Shown one piece after another: positions 41,701 to 50,245 of a stretch of 64,000 nt of DNA. The stretch is taken from positions 128,001 through 192,000 of the IMG/VR virus record IMGVR_UViG_3300037851_000141. One strand, written 5' to 3'. The notes beneath the pieces were generated by a model, which ran no database searches, had not been told where the DNA came from, and worked only from the letters and a program-made list of their open reading frames with translations. Each line of letters opens with the position of its first letter. Positions within the stretch are counted from its first letter, which is position 1. The DNA comes from a virus (Duplodnaviria; Caudoviricetes). A program made the translations under genes and the position numbers.

Positions 41701-42231
41701 ATGATTACTTCACTTATCGTTGCTATGACTCCAAAGGGTATTATAGGTCGAAACGGCAGAATACCTTGGAAGTCATCTGAAGATATGAAATATTTTAAGG
41801 AAACTACAATGGGGTTTCCTGTTATTATGGGTCGAAATACTTGGGATTCGTTAAGGATAAAGCCATTACAAGGTAGATATAACGTTGTAATTACCAGAAA
41901 CACAGCATTGGTTGGTAAAATTGTTGAAGGTGAGAACGGCCCCTGGTTTCATGATTCATTAGAAGATGTGTTGGAAAAGTTCAGAGAAATGGATACGCCA
42001 GAGGTTTTTATTATTGGTGGCGCTCAAATATATGATGAAGCTATATCCAAAGACATTGTTGACCAAATGTACATCAATATAATGAAAAAAGATGTTGAGG
42101 GCGATGCTTGGTTCCCATACATAGAAAAAACATTGTGGCAAATTGAAAAATCCGGCACAGAGTTCAATGATTTTGATGCTTACTTATATGTCAGAAATCC
42201 CGAGCCAGAAGAAATCAGTCCTATAATATAA
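41701..42231 (+). CDS. folA: Dihydrofolate reductase
   Basis: IGRNGRIPW..EDMKYFK, VIMGRNTW, PLQGRYNVVITR, IIGGAQIY, EGDAWFP. Confidence 0.95.
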   Translation: MITSLIVAMTPKGIIGRNGRIPWKSSEDMKYFKETTMGFPVIMGRNTWDSLRIKPLQGRYNVVITRNTALVGKIVEGENGPWFHDSLEDVLEKFREMDTPEVFIIGGAQIYDEAISKDIVDQMYINIMKKDVEGDAWFPYIEKTLWQIEKSGTEFNDFDAYLYVRNPEPEEISPII

Positions 42232-42268
42232 ATAAGGTTGATGACTGATACTACTCTGGTTGCTGGTT

Positions 42269-42598
42269 ATGTCTGGTAGCGGCAAAGAAGACCTTTATCA
42301 TTGCCCTATCTGTAATCGTCTCCATCGTAAAGAATTCATGACTATCCATCATTTGTTTCCTGCTCTCGGCGCTAAACCTAAACTTGAGCCAATAATTTAT
42401 ATATGTAGAACCTGTCACGAAGTTATACATTATTGCCATACAAACGCAGAACTAAGACTATATTGGAATACATACGATAAACTCATAAAATCTCCAAAGA
42501 TACAAAATCTACTTGAAATATATAAATATAAACCGGATAACTGTGTGTTCAAGTTGAAAAAACTCAAGAATACACTAAAATCATTACAAGTAGCATAA
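42269..42598 (+). CDS. Small HNH endonuclease-like protein
   Basis: CPICNR..TIHHLFP..ICRTCHEVIH. Confidence 0.75.
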   Translation: MSGSGKEDLYHCPICNRLHRKEFMTIHHLFPALGAKPKLEPIIYICRTCHEVIHYCHTNAELRLYWNTYDKLIKSPKIQNLLEIYKYKPDNCVFKLKKLKNTLKSLQVA

Positions 42599-42611
42599 AA
42601 AGGAATATAAA

Positions 42612-43196
42612 ATGGCTGATGATAAAAAAGAACCAGAATGGATGAGTTATAAAGATAAAATCCAATCTCTCCTAAAACGTGTAGAAAATGGCGAAGAAAT
42701 ATATAAAAAAGAGGAAGAAAATCCCCTACATCAAAAAATAAAAGCTGAAGGTGTTAAACCAGTCCTCGTCCAAATATTTACTGAAGGTATGATTGGCGAC
42801 TATACTATAACCGAAGAAGAAACTGAAGAATCCTTAAGAATACCCGATACTAACCTTTTTCGAGTAAAACTGTCATCCGGTGTTGAAGATCAGGCCAGCG
42901 ATTATTGGGCAGGTATATTAACAACACTTAAATCAAAATGGAAGGTTTATGATAATATTGATGGACTCGCTACCGTTCAATTTGGTACAACTGGAAGTCC
43001 ACACGAAAACCTTGCCCTGACTCTCGTTCGTGATGAAGATCGACATGATAAACTTGCTATATTGTTCCAATGGACTGATGCTGAAAAAACAACGTCAGAT
43101 GAAATAAAAGATATATTATCAAAAGTCGGTATGATTCCAGAAGATGGCTCAATAAAAGACCTTGATGATAAAGTTGTTATGGCTCCAATAAAATAA
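42612..43196 (+). CDS. Hypothetical protein (probably late)
   Basis: Long ORF with RBS. Confidence 0.65.
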   Translation: MADDKKEPEWMSYKDKIQSLLKRVENGEEIYKKEEENPLHQKIKAEGVKPVLVQIFTEGMIGDYTITEEETEESLRIPDTNLFRVKLSSGVEDQASDYWAGILTTLKSKWKVYDNIDGLATVQFGTTGSPHENLALTLVRDEDRHDKLAILFQWTDAEKTTSDEIKDILSKVGMIPEDGSIKDLDDKVVMAPIK

Positions 43197-43204
43197 TATA
43201 AATA
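43197..43204 (+). promoter_or_regulatory. T4-type late promoter TATAAATA (further copies at 42227, 43688, 44752, 47559, 49282)
   Basis: Exact octamer recurs in intergenic gaps before successive genes. Confidence 0.6.
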
Positions 43205-43209
43205 ATAAT

Positions 43210-43659
43210 ATGTCATTTAAGTCATTTCTAAACGAACAACTTTTATTTGAGGATACGTTTGAGGAAATTAAACGTTTGGGTGAACCAAGTCAAAGAACTT
43301 TTTTAGATATAATGAAACGGTCCATAAGTGCTAAGGCTCGTAACGCATTACAAATATATATCCTCGCTCTTATTATTGGTATTCCTAAAGAAAAACTGTT
43401 AGCAACATCAACACTTAATGACTCTCCAGAAATAAAAAATATGGTAACTGCTGCTTTAACTTCTCCAGCAGGAATGGGTTATATGAAAGATTTCGCTGAA
43501 CAAGTTAGAAAAATAAATGGAATAGATGATAACCAAATTCCTGACTTCACTAATCCTGAAGTTGTAAATCTAATAAAAACATTGTCTGATAAATATGGAC
43601 AATCCCTTGATATAGAAAATATTAAAGATAAGATCAAGGAACCAAAAGCGGCCGTATAA
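43210..43659 (+). CDS. Putative internal head protein
   Basis: N-terminus MSFKSFLNE resembles the T4 capsid-targeting sequence MKTYQEFIAE; late promoter upstream. Confidence 0.55.
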   Translation: MSFKSFLNEQLLFEDTFEEIKRLGEPSQRTFLDIMKRSISAKARNALQIYILALIIGIPKEKLLATSTLNDSPEIKNMVTAALTSPAGMGYMKDFAEQVRKINGIDDNQIPDFTNPEVVNLIKTLSDKYGQSLDIENIKDKIKEPKAAV

Positions 43660-43723
43660 AATAATGTGAAAATAATAGATGAACGAATATAAATAATAAC
43701 AGGAATAACATAGGAGTATCCAA

Positions 43724-44668
43724 ATGAGCAAAAAGCAACCACAATATTTTGATGCCAACAAGAGAGAAGAACTTTTTGAGAAGAATCAAACTGTTGAACG
43801 CTCACTTAAAACAAGTTGGAAGACTATGTTAACTGAAAGTGCTAAAAAAGGTATAAAGGCTCCAACAGGCGCAGACCTTATGAAGAAACAAGGTGTAAAA
43901 AAGATGGACGAGGAAGATGTTAAGCCTGTTGATGACATTGATACTCCTCCTGTTACCGATGCTCCAGTTGACGCTCCAGTTGACGCTCCCGCTCCAGTTG
44001 ATGGCGAAGTTCCTCCCGGTGTAGACCCTGCTGGCGAACCTGCTCCCGCTCCAATTTCAACCGACACTCCAGAAATGGATCCTGCCGCTGATGCTGCTGC
44101 TCCAACTGTAGATCCTGAAGCTGTTGAAGAACTTAAGAAATTTGCCGCATCTAAACTCACATCATTGCCTGCTAATGGCGGAACTGCTGAATCCTCTGTT
44201 GATGAAACTAAAGGTGTATTCAAGCAAGAGATTCAAGATGAACAAAGTGGTAAAACTTTCGTTGTATTAGCGTTCTCTAAAGATGTATATCCTGGTTTAC
44301 ATGATATGGCCAATGCTATCGAACCAATTGACCAAGCTGTTCCAGGTGCCGAAGTAGCTCCAACTGATGTTCCTCCTGTTGATGGTGCTGCTCCCGCTCC
44401 AACTGATATGCCTGCTACTGACGCCCCAGCCGGTGATATGCCTCCTGTTGATGGTGCCGCTCCAGTTGATGCTCCAGCCCCAACGCCAACAGAAGAACCA
44501 GCACCAGTTGAAGAACCAAAAGAAGATGCTGAAATAAAAGAATCTGATAAAGAAGAATGTGAAGTAGAAGATTGTGATGAAAAGAAACTTGAAGAAGCCC
44601 GCGACCCAACCGTTGTAGGTAAAAAAGATTGGAAGTTGTTCTTCGAATCTCGCTACTCAAAGAAATGA
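43724..44668 (+). CDS. Acidic Pro/Ala/Asp-rich protein, probable internal head or core protein
   Basis: PVDA repeats; LTE and LEE motifs; late promoter at 43688. Confidence 0.65.
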   Translation: MSKKQPQYFDANKREELFEKNQTVERSLKTSWKTMLTESAKKGIKAPTGADLMKKQGVKKMDEEDVKPVDDIDTPPVTDAPVDAPVDAPAPVDGEVPPGVDPAGEPAPAPISTDTPEMDPAADAAAPTVDPEAVEELKKFAASKLTSLPANGGTAESSVDETKGVFKQEIQDEQSGKTFVVLAFSKDVYPGLHDMANAIEPIDQAVPGAEVAPTDVPPVDGAAPAPTDMPATDAPAGDMPPVDGAAPVDAPAPTPTEEPAPVEEPKEDAEIKESDKEECEVEDCDEKKLEEARDPTVVGKKDWKLFFESRYSKK

Positions 44669-44693
44669 TTGCTCTTAAATAATAATATAAGTA

Positions 44694-44728
44694 AAGGGTT
44701 GGGCCAAAAGTCCAGCCCTTTATTTTTT
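44694..44728 (+). terminator. Intrinsic terminator
   Basis: AAGGGTTGGGC/GTCCAGCCCTT stem followed by TATTTTTT. Confidence 0.8.
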
Positions 44729-44780
44729 ATCTAATTTGTCAAGATAAAAAATATAAATACAATAGATTAGGAGTCTTACT

Positions 44781-45251
44781 ATGGATACCCCAGAAATTCA
44801 ACCAACCCCAGAAGCCAAAGTCGAATTAGATGAGGCAACACAAAAACGCATAGCTAAAGCTGAAGAACGTAGAACTGCTTTAGAAGATGAAATGAAACAA
44901 CTTGAAGAAGAAATCGGATATCTACAACAACTTGGCGAGAAAAAAGCTAAACTCGCTCAAGCAAGAGAACAATCCGCTCAACTTCGTGAAGAAATATCTC
45001 AATTAAAAGAAGCTAAAAAGAAACCAGAAGCCAAAGAAACCACAGAAGAAATACCAGAAGAAACTCCTGTAAATGATGAGCCAATGACTCTTAAAGGTCA
45101 TAAACCTGGAGATGCTGAAGAAGTCGAAACTGATAAAATTGAAGAAAAGAAAGCTAAACTCAATGAAGGCTTCCAACAATATCTTAAGAATCGTAAACCA
45201 TTAAACGAATCTCAAATTAAACCAATCGGCTACAGAGTATCAATGGGATGA
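44781..45251 (+). CDS. Coiled-coil acidic protein, probable head core protein
   Basis: Heptad-rich N-terminal half; LNEG and LNES motifs; late promoter at 44752. Confidence 0.65.
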   Translation: MDTPEIQPTPEAKVELDEATQKRIAKAEERRTALEDEMKQLEEEIGYLQQLGEKKAKLAQAREQSAQLREEISQLKEAKKKPEAKETTEEIPEETPVNDEPMTLKGHKPGDAEEVETDKIEEKKAKLNEGFQQYLKNRKPLNESQIKPIGYRVSMG

Positions 45252-45257
45252 TTCAAT

Positions 45258-46799
45258 ATGTTTCTTAAAAAAGCTTGGCGACAAATAAAAGAATCTAAAT
45301 CTTCAAACCCAGAACTTGAATCAGCATCAATCTGGGAACAAGGTCATGGTTTTGTTAAATTATCAGATATTAATGAAACTGTAGAAAATTTGTTGAAACA
45401 AGCTAAAGATGCTATCAAACATGAACAAGATCCATCAGCATCTATTCAAGAAATCAGACATGAACAAGATCGTATATCTAAATATGTCAGACACGCTCAA
45501 GAACATGGTAAAGATACATTTCAACATCAAGAACTCCTAAGAACTATATCAGATAAAATAGCAGAAGTAACACAAAAACAATTAAATGAAAAAGAAATAA
45601 TCAAAGGTGGACTTGCTGATCATAAATCACTCCAAGATATAGCTAAAAAACATAACGTCAGCTTAGAAGAAATCACTAAAGAATATGAAATGGGACTAAA
45701 AGTAGAAAAAGAACACACCAACAGTAAAGCAAAAGCAGCAGAAATAGCTAAGGATCATCTCATGGAAAACCCAAAATACTATTCTAAACTAAAAGCAGCA
45801 AAAATAGATGAGGCTGCTCCACCACAACTTGCTTTTGGTGATGATGATGAATTTATAATCGAACCAGATAAAGTACAAGAATATGTTGATGAAGTTTCTG
45901 ACCTCCAACCAAATGAAGCAGTTGAATATTTAAGTCAAATGAAATCTAAAATTGAAAAAAACCTACCAAGACTTGAAACAAAATTAGCTCATTATAAAGG
46001 AAGTTATAATCCGGCAAATCCATCAGAAGGTGGTCAATTCTCAACTCTTATTAATACACTTATGAAAGCGGGCAAAAATCAAAAAGGAGCAACATCAAGT
46101 ATCGGTCAAGTTCACGCACCATTCCAAACTATAGATGATGCCGTTAATGCGTTTTTTATGACTGATGACGAAAGACTTGAAAAATTTATAAACTATCTTC
46201 AAGTTATATCTCAAGCTAAAATTACTGCCACAGATCCAACACTTAAATACGGTTCCAAAGAAAAAGGTGGACAAACTCTCGGATCTACTGCCCGGCGTCG
46301 TCCAATGAAAAGTCAACTTACCGGAGAGTTTGATCGTAAACCAGAAGATACTGAAGCCAAATCAAAAGGAATGAAACTTGGTCCATTCCAAAGATTCGAT
46401 ATCATGCACGGACCACTTTTCGGACCTAATATCCAAGATGAAAATGCTGGTTGGCACGCATTATCTCAAATAAACGATAAACTCAATAAAGGTGAAAATA
46501 TATCTATCGATGAGTTCAATAATGCCGCTAAATATTTCAACGGCTCTATCGGTAAATTATTAAGATTCGTTCTACTTCATGATACATCTGTTATAAATGA
46601 ACCAATAAATAAAATGATAACAAAATACCATGATCAGGTAATTACAGTAAATCAAATAAAAGAAGATATTGCTGCCATTAATAAAGCTATACAAACAGTT
46701 GCCCAAAAACCTGAAGAACAATTTACTGAATCTACCATGCGTAAAGGAAGACTCAATTGGAATCAGTTTAAAAAGGATAACTACTCAAAAAAAGCGTAA
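45258..46799 (+). CDS. Probable virion internal protein containing a DUF5661-like segment; may be extended by -1 frameshift
   Basis: GLKVEKEHT..AAEIAKDHLMENPKYYSKL; repeated (I/L)xE motifs. Confidence 0.7.
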   Translation: MFLKKAWRQIKESKSSNPELESASIWEQGHGFVKLSDINETVENLLKQAKDAIKHEQDPSASIQEIRHEQDRISKYVRHAQEHGKDTFQHQELLRTISDKIAEVTQKQLNEKEIIKGGLADHKSLQDIAKKHNVSLEEITKEYEMGLKVEKEHTNSKAKAAEIAKDHLMENPKYYSKLKAAKIDEAAPPQLAFGDDDEFIIEPDKVQEYVDEVSDLQPNEAVEYLSQMKSKIEKNLPRLETKLAHYKGSYNPANPSEGGQFSTLINTLMKAGKNQKGATSSIGQVHAPFQTIDDAVNAFFMTDDERLEKFINYLQVISQAKITATDPTLKYGSKEKGGQTLGSTARRRPMKSQLTGEFDRKPEDTEAKSKGMKLGPFQRFDIMHGPLFGPNIQDENAGWHALSQINDKLNKGENISIDEFNNAAKYFNGSIGKLLRFVLLHDTSVINEPINKMITKYHDQVITVNQIKEDIAAINKAIQTVAQKPEEQFTESTMRKGRLNWNQFKKDNYSKKA

Positions 46800-46832
46800 A
46801 GCCCCTCTCTCCTAAAATAATAAAAGAGGGGC
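46787..46832 (+). other. Candidate programmed -1 ribosomal frameshift signal
   Basis: In-frame A AAA AAA, 7-nt spacer, 8-bp GCCCCTCT/AGAGGGGC hairpin; -1 frame is open to 47527. Confidence 0.6.
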
Positions 46833-47527
46833 AAGAACTTATTAATGAAGATCACCCAATTATTGATTCGTTCCAAAAAATAATATCTAAATTAAAAAAA
46901 TCAAACGAATCAAAAGATAAAAATGGTATCCACAATGCCGTTGCTGGATTAGCTTTTATTGATGACGCCCTAAGAAAAAAATCACAAGGCATCACAGGCA
47001 TAACTCAAGCATTCCTCACTGATTGGCATACAGCTACAAAAATATTAGATGAATGGCTGATGTTTATGGAACCAGAATATCAAGACGTATATAAAGACCT
47101 CCTTCAGAAAAATGGCGGAAACTTAGATAATATATTCAACACCAAAATGAAAAATATAGAACAAGAAACTGAAGCAAAATTAGATAAACTTATACAAACT
47201 ATCGGCTCACATGTTTCAGAAATACTTTGGGAAATGGTTAGAGTTGAAATTGAAGATGATCCAGATATGCTTAAAACTCTATTTAAAGGTATGATGAAAT
47301 CCTTTACGTTCGAGTTCAAAGATGTTCCAGATAGAATCAATTTACATTATCTAAAATCACAATCAGATCAACAAGCCGATTCTCAAGAACTAATCTATAA
47401 TCTCGGTGTTATGCTCGGACAAAAAATGGATGAAACTGAAATAAAAAATGCCTACGATAATCTGTTTGGACAAAATGATAAAAGTAAACAGTTTATAACA
47501 AAAATGGGCTTAGTAAAAGCAAGATGA
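46793..47527 (+). CDS. -1 frame extension (244 aa) including the 155-aa ORF at 47060
   Basis: 89 stop-free codons with no ATG/GTG/TTG precede the ATG at 47060. Confidence 0.55.
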   Translation, partial: SVKPLSPKIIKEGQELINEDHPIIDSFQKIISKLKKSNESKDKNGIHNAVAGLAFIDDALRKKSQGITGITQAFLTDWHTATKILDEWLMFMEPEYQDVYKDLLQKNGGNLDNIFNTKMKNIEQETEAKLDKLIQTIGSHVSEILWEMVRVEIEDDPDMLKTLFKGMMKSFTFEFKDVPDRINLHYLKSQSDQQADSQELIYNLGVMLGQKMDETEIKNAYDNLFGQNDKSKQFITKMGLVKAR

Positions 47528-47567
47528 AAAAAGTTCTTGCTTTTGTATAATGGCGTGATATAAATAT

Positions 47568-47781
47568 GGACGTAACGAGAAAGGATACCCCTGTGGCCAA
47601 TCTAAGCATGGATAAGAACCTACTGTCGGATAGCCAGAATTGGAATCAACCCCAACTCTGCCATAATAGCAGTATGTCCTCATATCCACGCGCCTTTATT
47701 AAGGATATGAGTTAGCCCCAGGAGAGTCCAAGAGACACTTTCCAAACCCTGGGGTCAAAAACTCCAGGGTTTCTTGCTTTT
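47568..47781 (+). ncRNA. Structured leader or ncRNA upstream of the tRNA array, ending in a terminator hairpin
   Basis: GGACGTA/TATGTCC and CTCATATCC/GGATATGAG stems; 11-bp terminator 47744-47772. Confidence 0.5.
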
Positions 47782-47814
47782 ACAAGTATATATCTGCGGC
47801 AACTGAGAGTTCAT

Positions 47815-47903
47815 GGTAGGTTGGGTGAGAGGATAAACCAACGGTTTTGAAAACCGTCGAGCCTCCGAAAGAGGCTCCATCCGTTCGAATCGGATACCTA
47901 CCT
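47815..47903 (+). tRNA. tRNA-Ser(TGA)
   Basis: GGTAGGT/ACCTACC acceptor; ACGGT-TTTGAAA-ACCGT; long variable arm; TTCGAAT. Confidence 0.9.
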
Positions 47904-47908
47904 TATAT

Positions 47909-47998
47909 GGAAAAGTGCCAGAGAGGCTGATTGGCGCATCTTGGAAAGATGATGGTGATCCAAAAGATCACACGGGAGTTCGAATCTCCCCTTTTCCG
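47909..47998 (+). tRNA. tRNA-Ser(GGA)
   Basis: GGAAAAG/CTTTTCC acceptor; loop TTGGAAA; long variable arm; G73. Confidence 0.9.
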
Positions 47999-48004
47999 TA
48001 GTAT

Positions 48005-48090
48005 GGGGGTTTGCCAGAGTGGTCAATTGGGTCGCACTGTAAATGCGATGGCTCACGCCTTCAGTGGTTCGAATCCACTAGCTCCCACCA
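48005..48090 (+). tRNA. tRNA-Tyr(GTA)
   Basis: TCGCA-CTGTAAA-TGCGA; variable arm; encoded CCA. Confidence 0.92.
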
Positions 48091-48094
48091 TATC

Positions 48095-48169
48095 CCCTTT
48101 GTAGCTCACAGGTAGAGCAGAGGATTGAAAATCCTCCAGTAGTCGGTTCGATTCCGACCAAGGGGACCA
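48095..48169 (+). tRNA. tRNA-Phe(GAA)
   Basis: GAGGA-TTGAAAA-TCCTC; GTCGG-TTCGATT-CCGAC; encoded CCA. Confidence 0.92.
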
Positions 48170-48295
48170 CAGAAAAGCGGTAAGATTCTCACGAAACGGG
48201 AGAATCCATTGTTGCCCGGCGATGGGAGGGGGCCAGGGCGAAAAATTGGTTGACTTTCTTATTTTGTTCGTTATCATGATGTCAAAGGAAATTAT

Positions 48296-49102
48296 ATGGA
48301 GTCAGATAGCTTCGGTGATCGGATGAAATTGCTTGAACAGGCTGAAGCAGGAAGACAACTCATTCCGCTTCTTCCTATTATGATCCGTCTTGATGGTAAA
48401 GGATTTCATAATTGGACTAAAGGCTTGAATAGACCATATGATATTGGCCTGTCAACCCTTATGAAAGAGACAACACGTTTTCTGGTTGAAGAAACTAATG
48501 CTAAAATCGGATATACTCAATCAGATGAAATAAGTCTGATACTTTACTCCGATACATATGATTCTCAACCTTTTTTCAACGGCAAAATACAAAAACTAAA
48601 TTCTGTTATATGCTCCATGACAACCGCTTTCTTTAATCATAATGTTCAGAAATATCTACCAGAAAAAACAGGCAAGTTAGCTATTTTTGATTGTCGCATC
48701 TGGAATGTCCCTACGAAAACTGAAGCAACTAATACAATTCTTTGGAGAGAACAGGACGCATCTAAAAATTCAATCAGTATGGCAGCAAGACACTTTTTCT
48801 CACATAAACAACTCCAAAATAAAACTGGTTCAGAGATGCAAGAGATGATGTTTACTGAGAAAAATGTCAATTGGAATGATTATCCTGCTTTCTTTAAACG
48901 AGGCACTTTCATCCAACGTAAAAAGAAAATGGTAAAATTCTCTGCTGAAGAAATCAATAACCTTCCAGAAAAACACCAAGCAAGAACAAATCCAGACCTT
49001 GTAATTGAACGTACGGTTGTTGAAGAAATCAATATGCCAAAATTCTCAACAGTTAAAAATAGAAATGAAGTTGTCTTTGATGGTGCTGATCCTGTTGTCT
49101 AA
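48296..49102 (+). CDS. thg1: tRNA-His guanylyltransferase (Thg1)-like 3'-5' polymerase
   Basis: FGDRMK, IRLDGKGFH, YTQSDEIS, FDCR, WREQDASKNSI. Confidence 0.93.
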   Translation: MESDSFGDRMKLLEQAEAGRQLIPLLPIMIRLDGKGFHNWTKGLNRPYDIGLSTLMKETTRFLVEETNAKIGYTQSDEISLILYSDTYDSQPFFNGKIQKLNSVICSMTTAFFNHNVQKYLPEKTGKLAIFDCRIWNVPTKTEATNTILWREQDASKNSISMAARHFFSHKQLQNKTGSEMQEMMFTEKNVNWNDYPAFFKRGTFIQRKKKMVKFSAEEINNLPEKHQARTNPDLVIERTVVEEINMPKFSTVKNRNEVVFDGADPVV

Positions 49103-49106
49103 CTAT

Positions 49107-49180
49107 ACCCTGGCAGATGGTGGGTACATCGGTCAGCCTCCAAAACTGACGCTTAAAAGGTTCGATTCCTTTCCAGGGTG
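49107..49180 (+). tRNA. tRNA-Trp(CCA)
   Basis: ACCCTGG/CCAGGGT acceptor; loop CTCCAAA; AAAGG-TTCGATT-CCTTT. Confidence 0.8.
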
Positions 49181-49190
49181 CTTTTCATAC

Positions 49191-49281
49191 GGAATGGTGA
49201 GTGAGAAGGATTAAACTAGCTGTTTACTAAACAGCCGAGCCTCCCAAAGAGGCTCCGTGGGTTCGAATCCCACCCATTCCA
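49191..49281 (+). tRNA. tRNA-Ser with unusual ACT anticodon
   Basis: GGAATGG/CCATTCC acceptor; GCTGT-TTACTAA-ACAGC; Ser-type long variable arm. Confidence 0.85.
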
Positions 49282-49330
49282 TATAAATAATCTCTTGACT
49301 TAGTAAATTATGTTATTATAATGTGGTCCT

Positions 49331-50230
49331 ATGATTAAACTTCATATTAGACCCAGCCAAACAGTAGAAACCCTTCAACAAGCCAACCATTATGTGATGG
49401 CATTGGATGGTTATGTACCTAGCGCACCATATCATTTAGCTGATTGTAAACTAATTAATTTCAATCATCATGAAAATGTGGATCGACTGTCTACAAGAGC
49501 TACATGTTCACAAGTTCTTATTTCTATTCGTCAAGGAATGATGGATCTATTTAGAATTAATGGAGAGATAACCCTTGATGTGTATGTAAACGATTGTGAT
49601 CAAGATGTTTGTCTTTCTTGGTTCCTTCTTAAGAATCATCATCTTGTTGAAAATTCTATGAATCCTCTTATCAATAGATTAGTTCATATTGAAGATATGA
49701 TGGATACTTGCGGTGGTACATATCCATTTCATCGTGATACTCCAGTCTTAAAAGAAATAGCTTGGATCTTTCAACCATATACTTTGTTTAGACTCACAGG
49801 CGGAATTGAACGTAAAAATGTAAATGAATATCAAAATGTAATTGATAATGTATGTCAACGAATCATGTTACATATTACCGGAAACTCACATTCTATTGAT
49901 CTTGATATAAACTATAATGTTGATTACAGATCAGCAACATGGTCATTAGTTGAAGAAAAAGGTCGTGATGATCGTATGGCATATTGGGATGATGGGATTA
50001 AAGCTTTTATAGCATACCGCAAAAGAGTTGATGGAAATTATACGTATACTGTCGGAAAAATGAGTCCATTCATTGATTTTAATATCAGTGGAATTCTATC
50101 AAAGCTTAATCAGTTAGAAGAAGGTTGGGGTGGCTCAAATACTATTGGGGGCAGTCCTAGAACTGTTGGAAGTAAAATTAATCCACAAGAAATAATTGTG
50201 ATAGTTAATAATATACTTTCGCATAAATAA
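49331..50230 (+). CDS. DHH-like phosphoesterase (tentative)
   Basis: LDG, NFNHH, VNDCDQD acidic motif; C-terminal WGG..GGSPR. Confidence 0.5.
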   Translation: MIKLHIRPSQTVETLQQANHYVMALDGYVPSAPYHLADCKLINFNHHENVDRLSTRATCSQVLISIRQGMMDLFRINGEITLDVYVNDCDQDVCLSWFLLKNHHLVENSMNPLINRLVHIEDMMDTCGGTYPFHRDTPVLKEIAWIFQPYTLFRLTGGIERKNVNEYQNVIDNVCQRIMLHITGNSHSIDLDINYNVDYRSATWSLVEEKGRDDRMAYWDDGIKAFIAYRKRVDGNYTYTVGKMSPFIDFNISGILSKLNQLEEGWGGSNTIGGSPRTVGSKINPQEIIVIVNNILSHK

Positions 50231-50245
50231 TAACAAGGAAACCAA

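Noticed and set aside
43786-44223. 145-aa minus-strand ORF, and the many other short antisense or nested ORFs in the track
   Set aside because: These are shadows of well-supported + strand genes, with no RBS or recognisable motifs.
43920-44520. DNA tandem repeats (CCAGTTGACGCT and variants)
   Set aside because: In-frame and explained by PVDA repeats of the encoded protein.
46845-46883. ATG 46845 as start of the downstream gene
   Set aside because: It is in the wrong frame and stops after 12 codons.
47568-47781. RNase P RNA, T-box or a known riboswitch
   Set aside because: I could not find the GAGGAAAGTCC, GGTGGTACCGCG or common riboswitch consensus motifs by eye; an Rfam scan is still needed.
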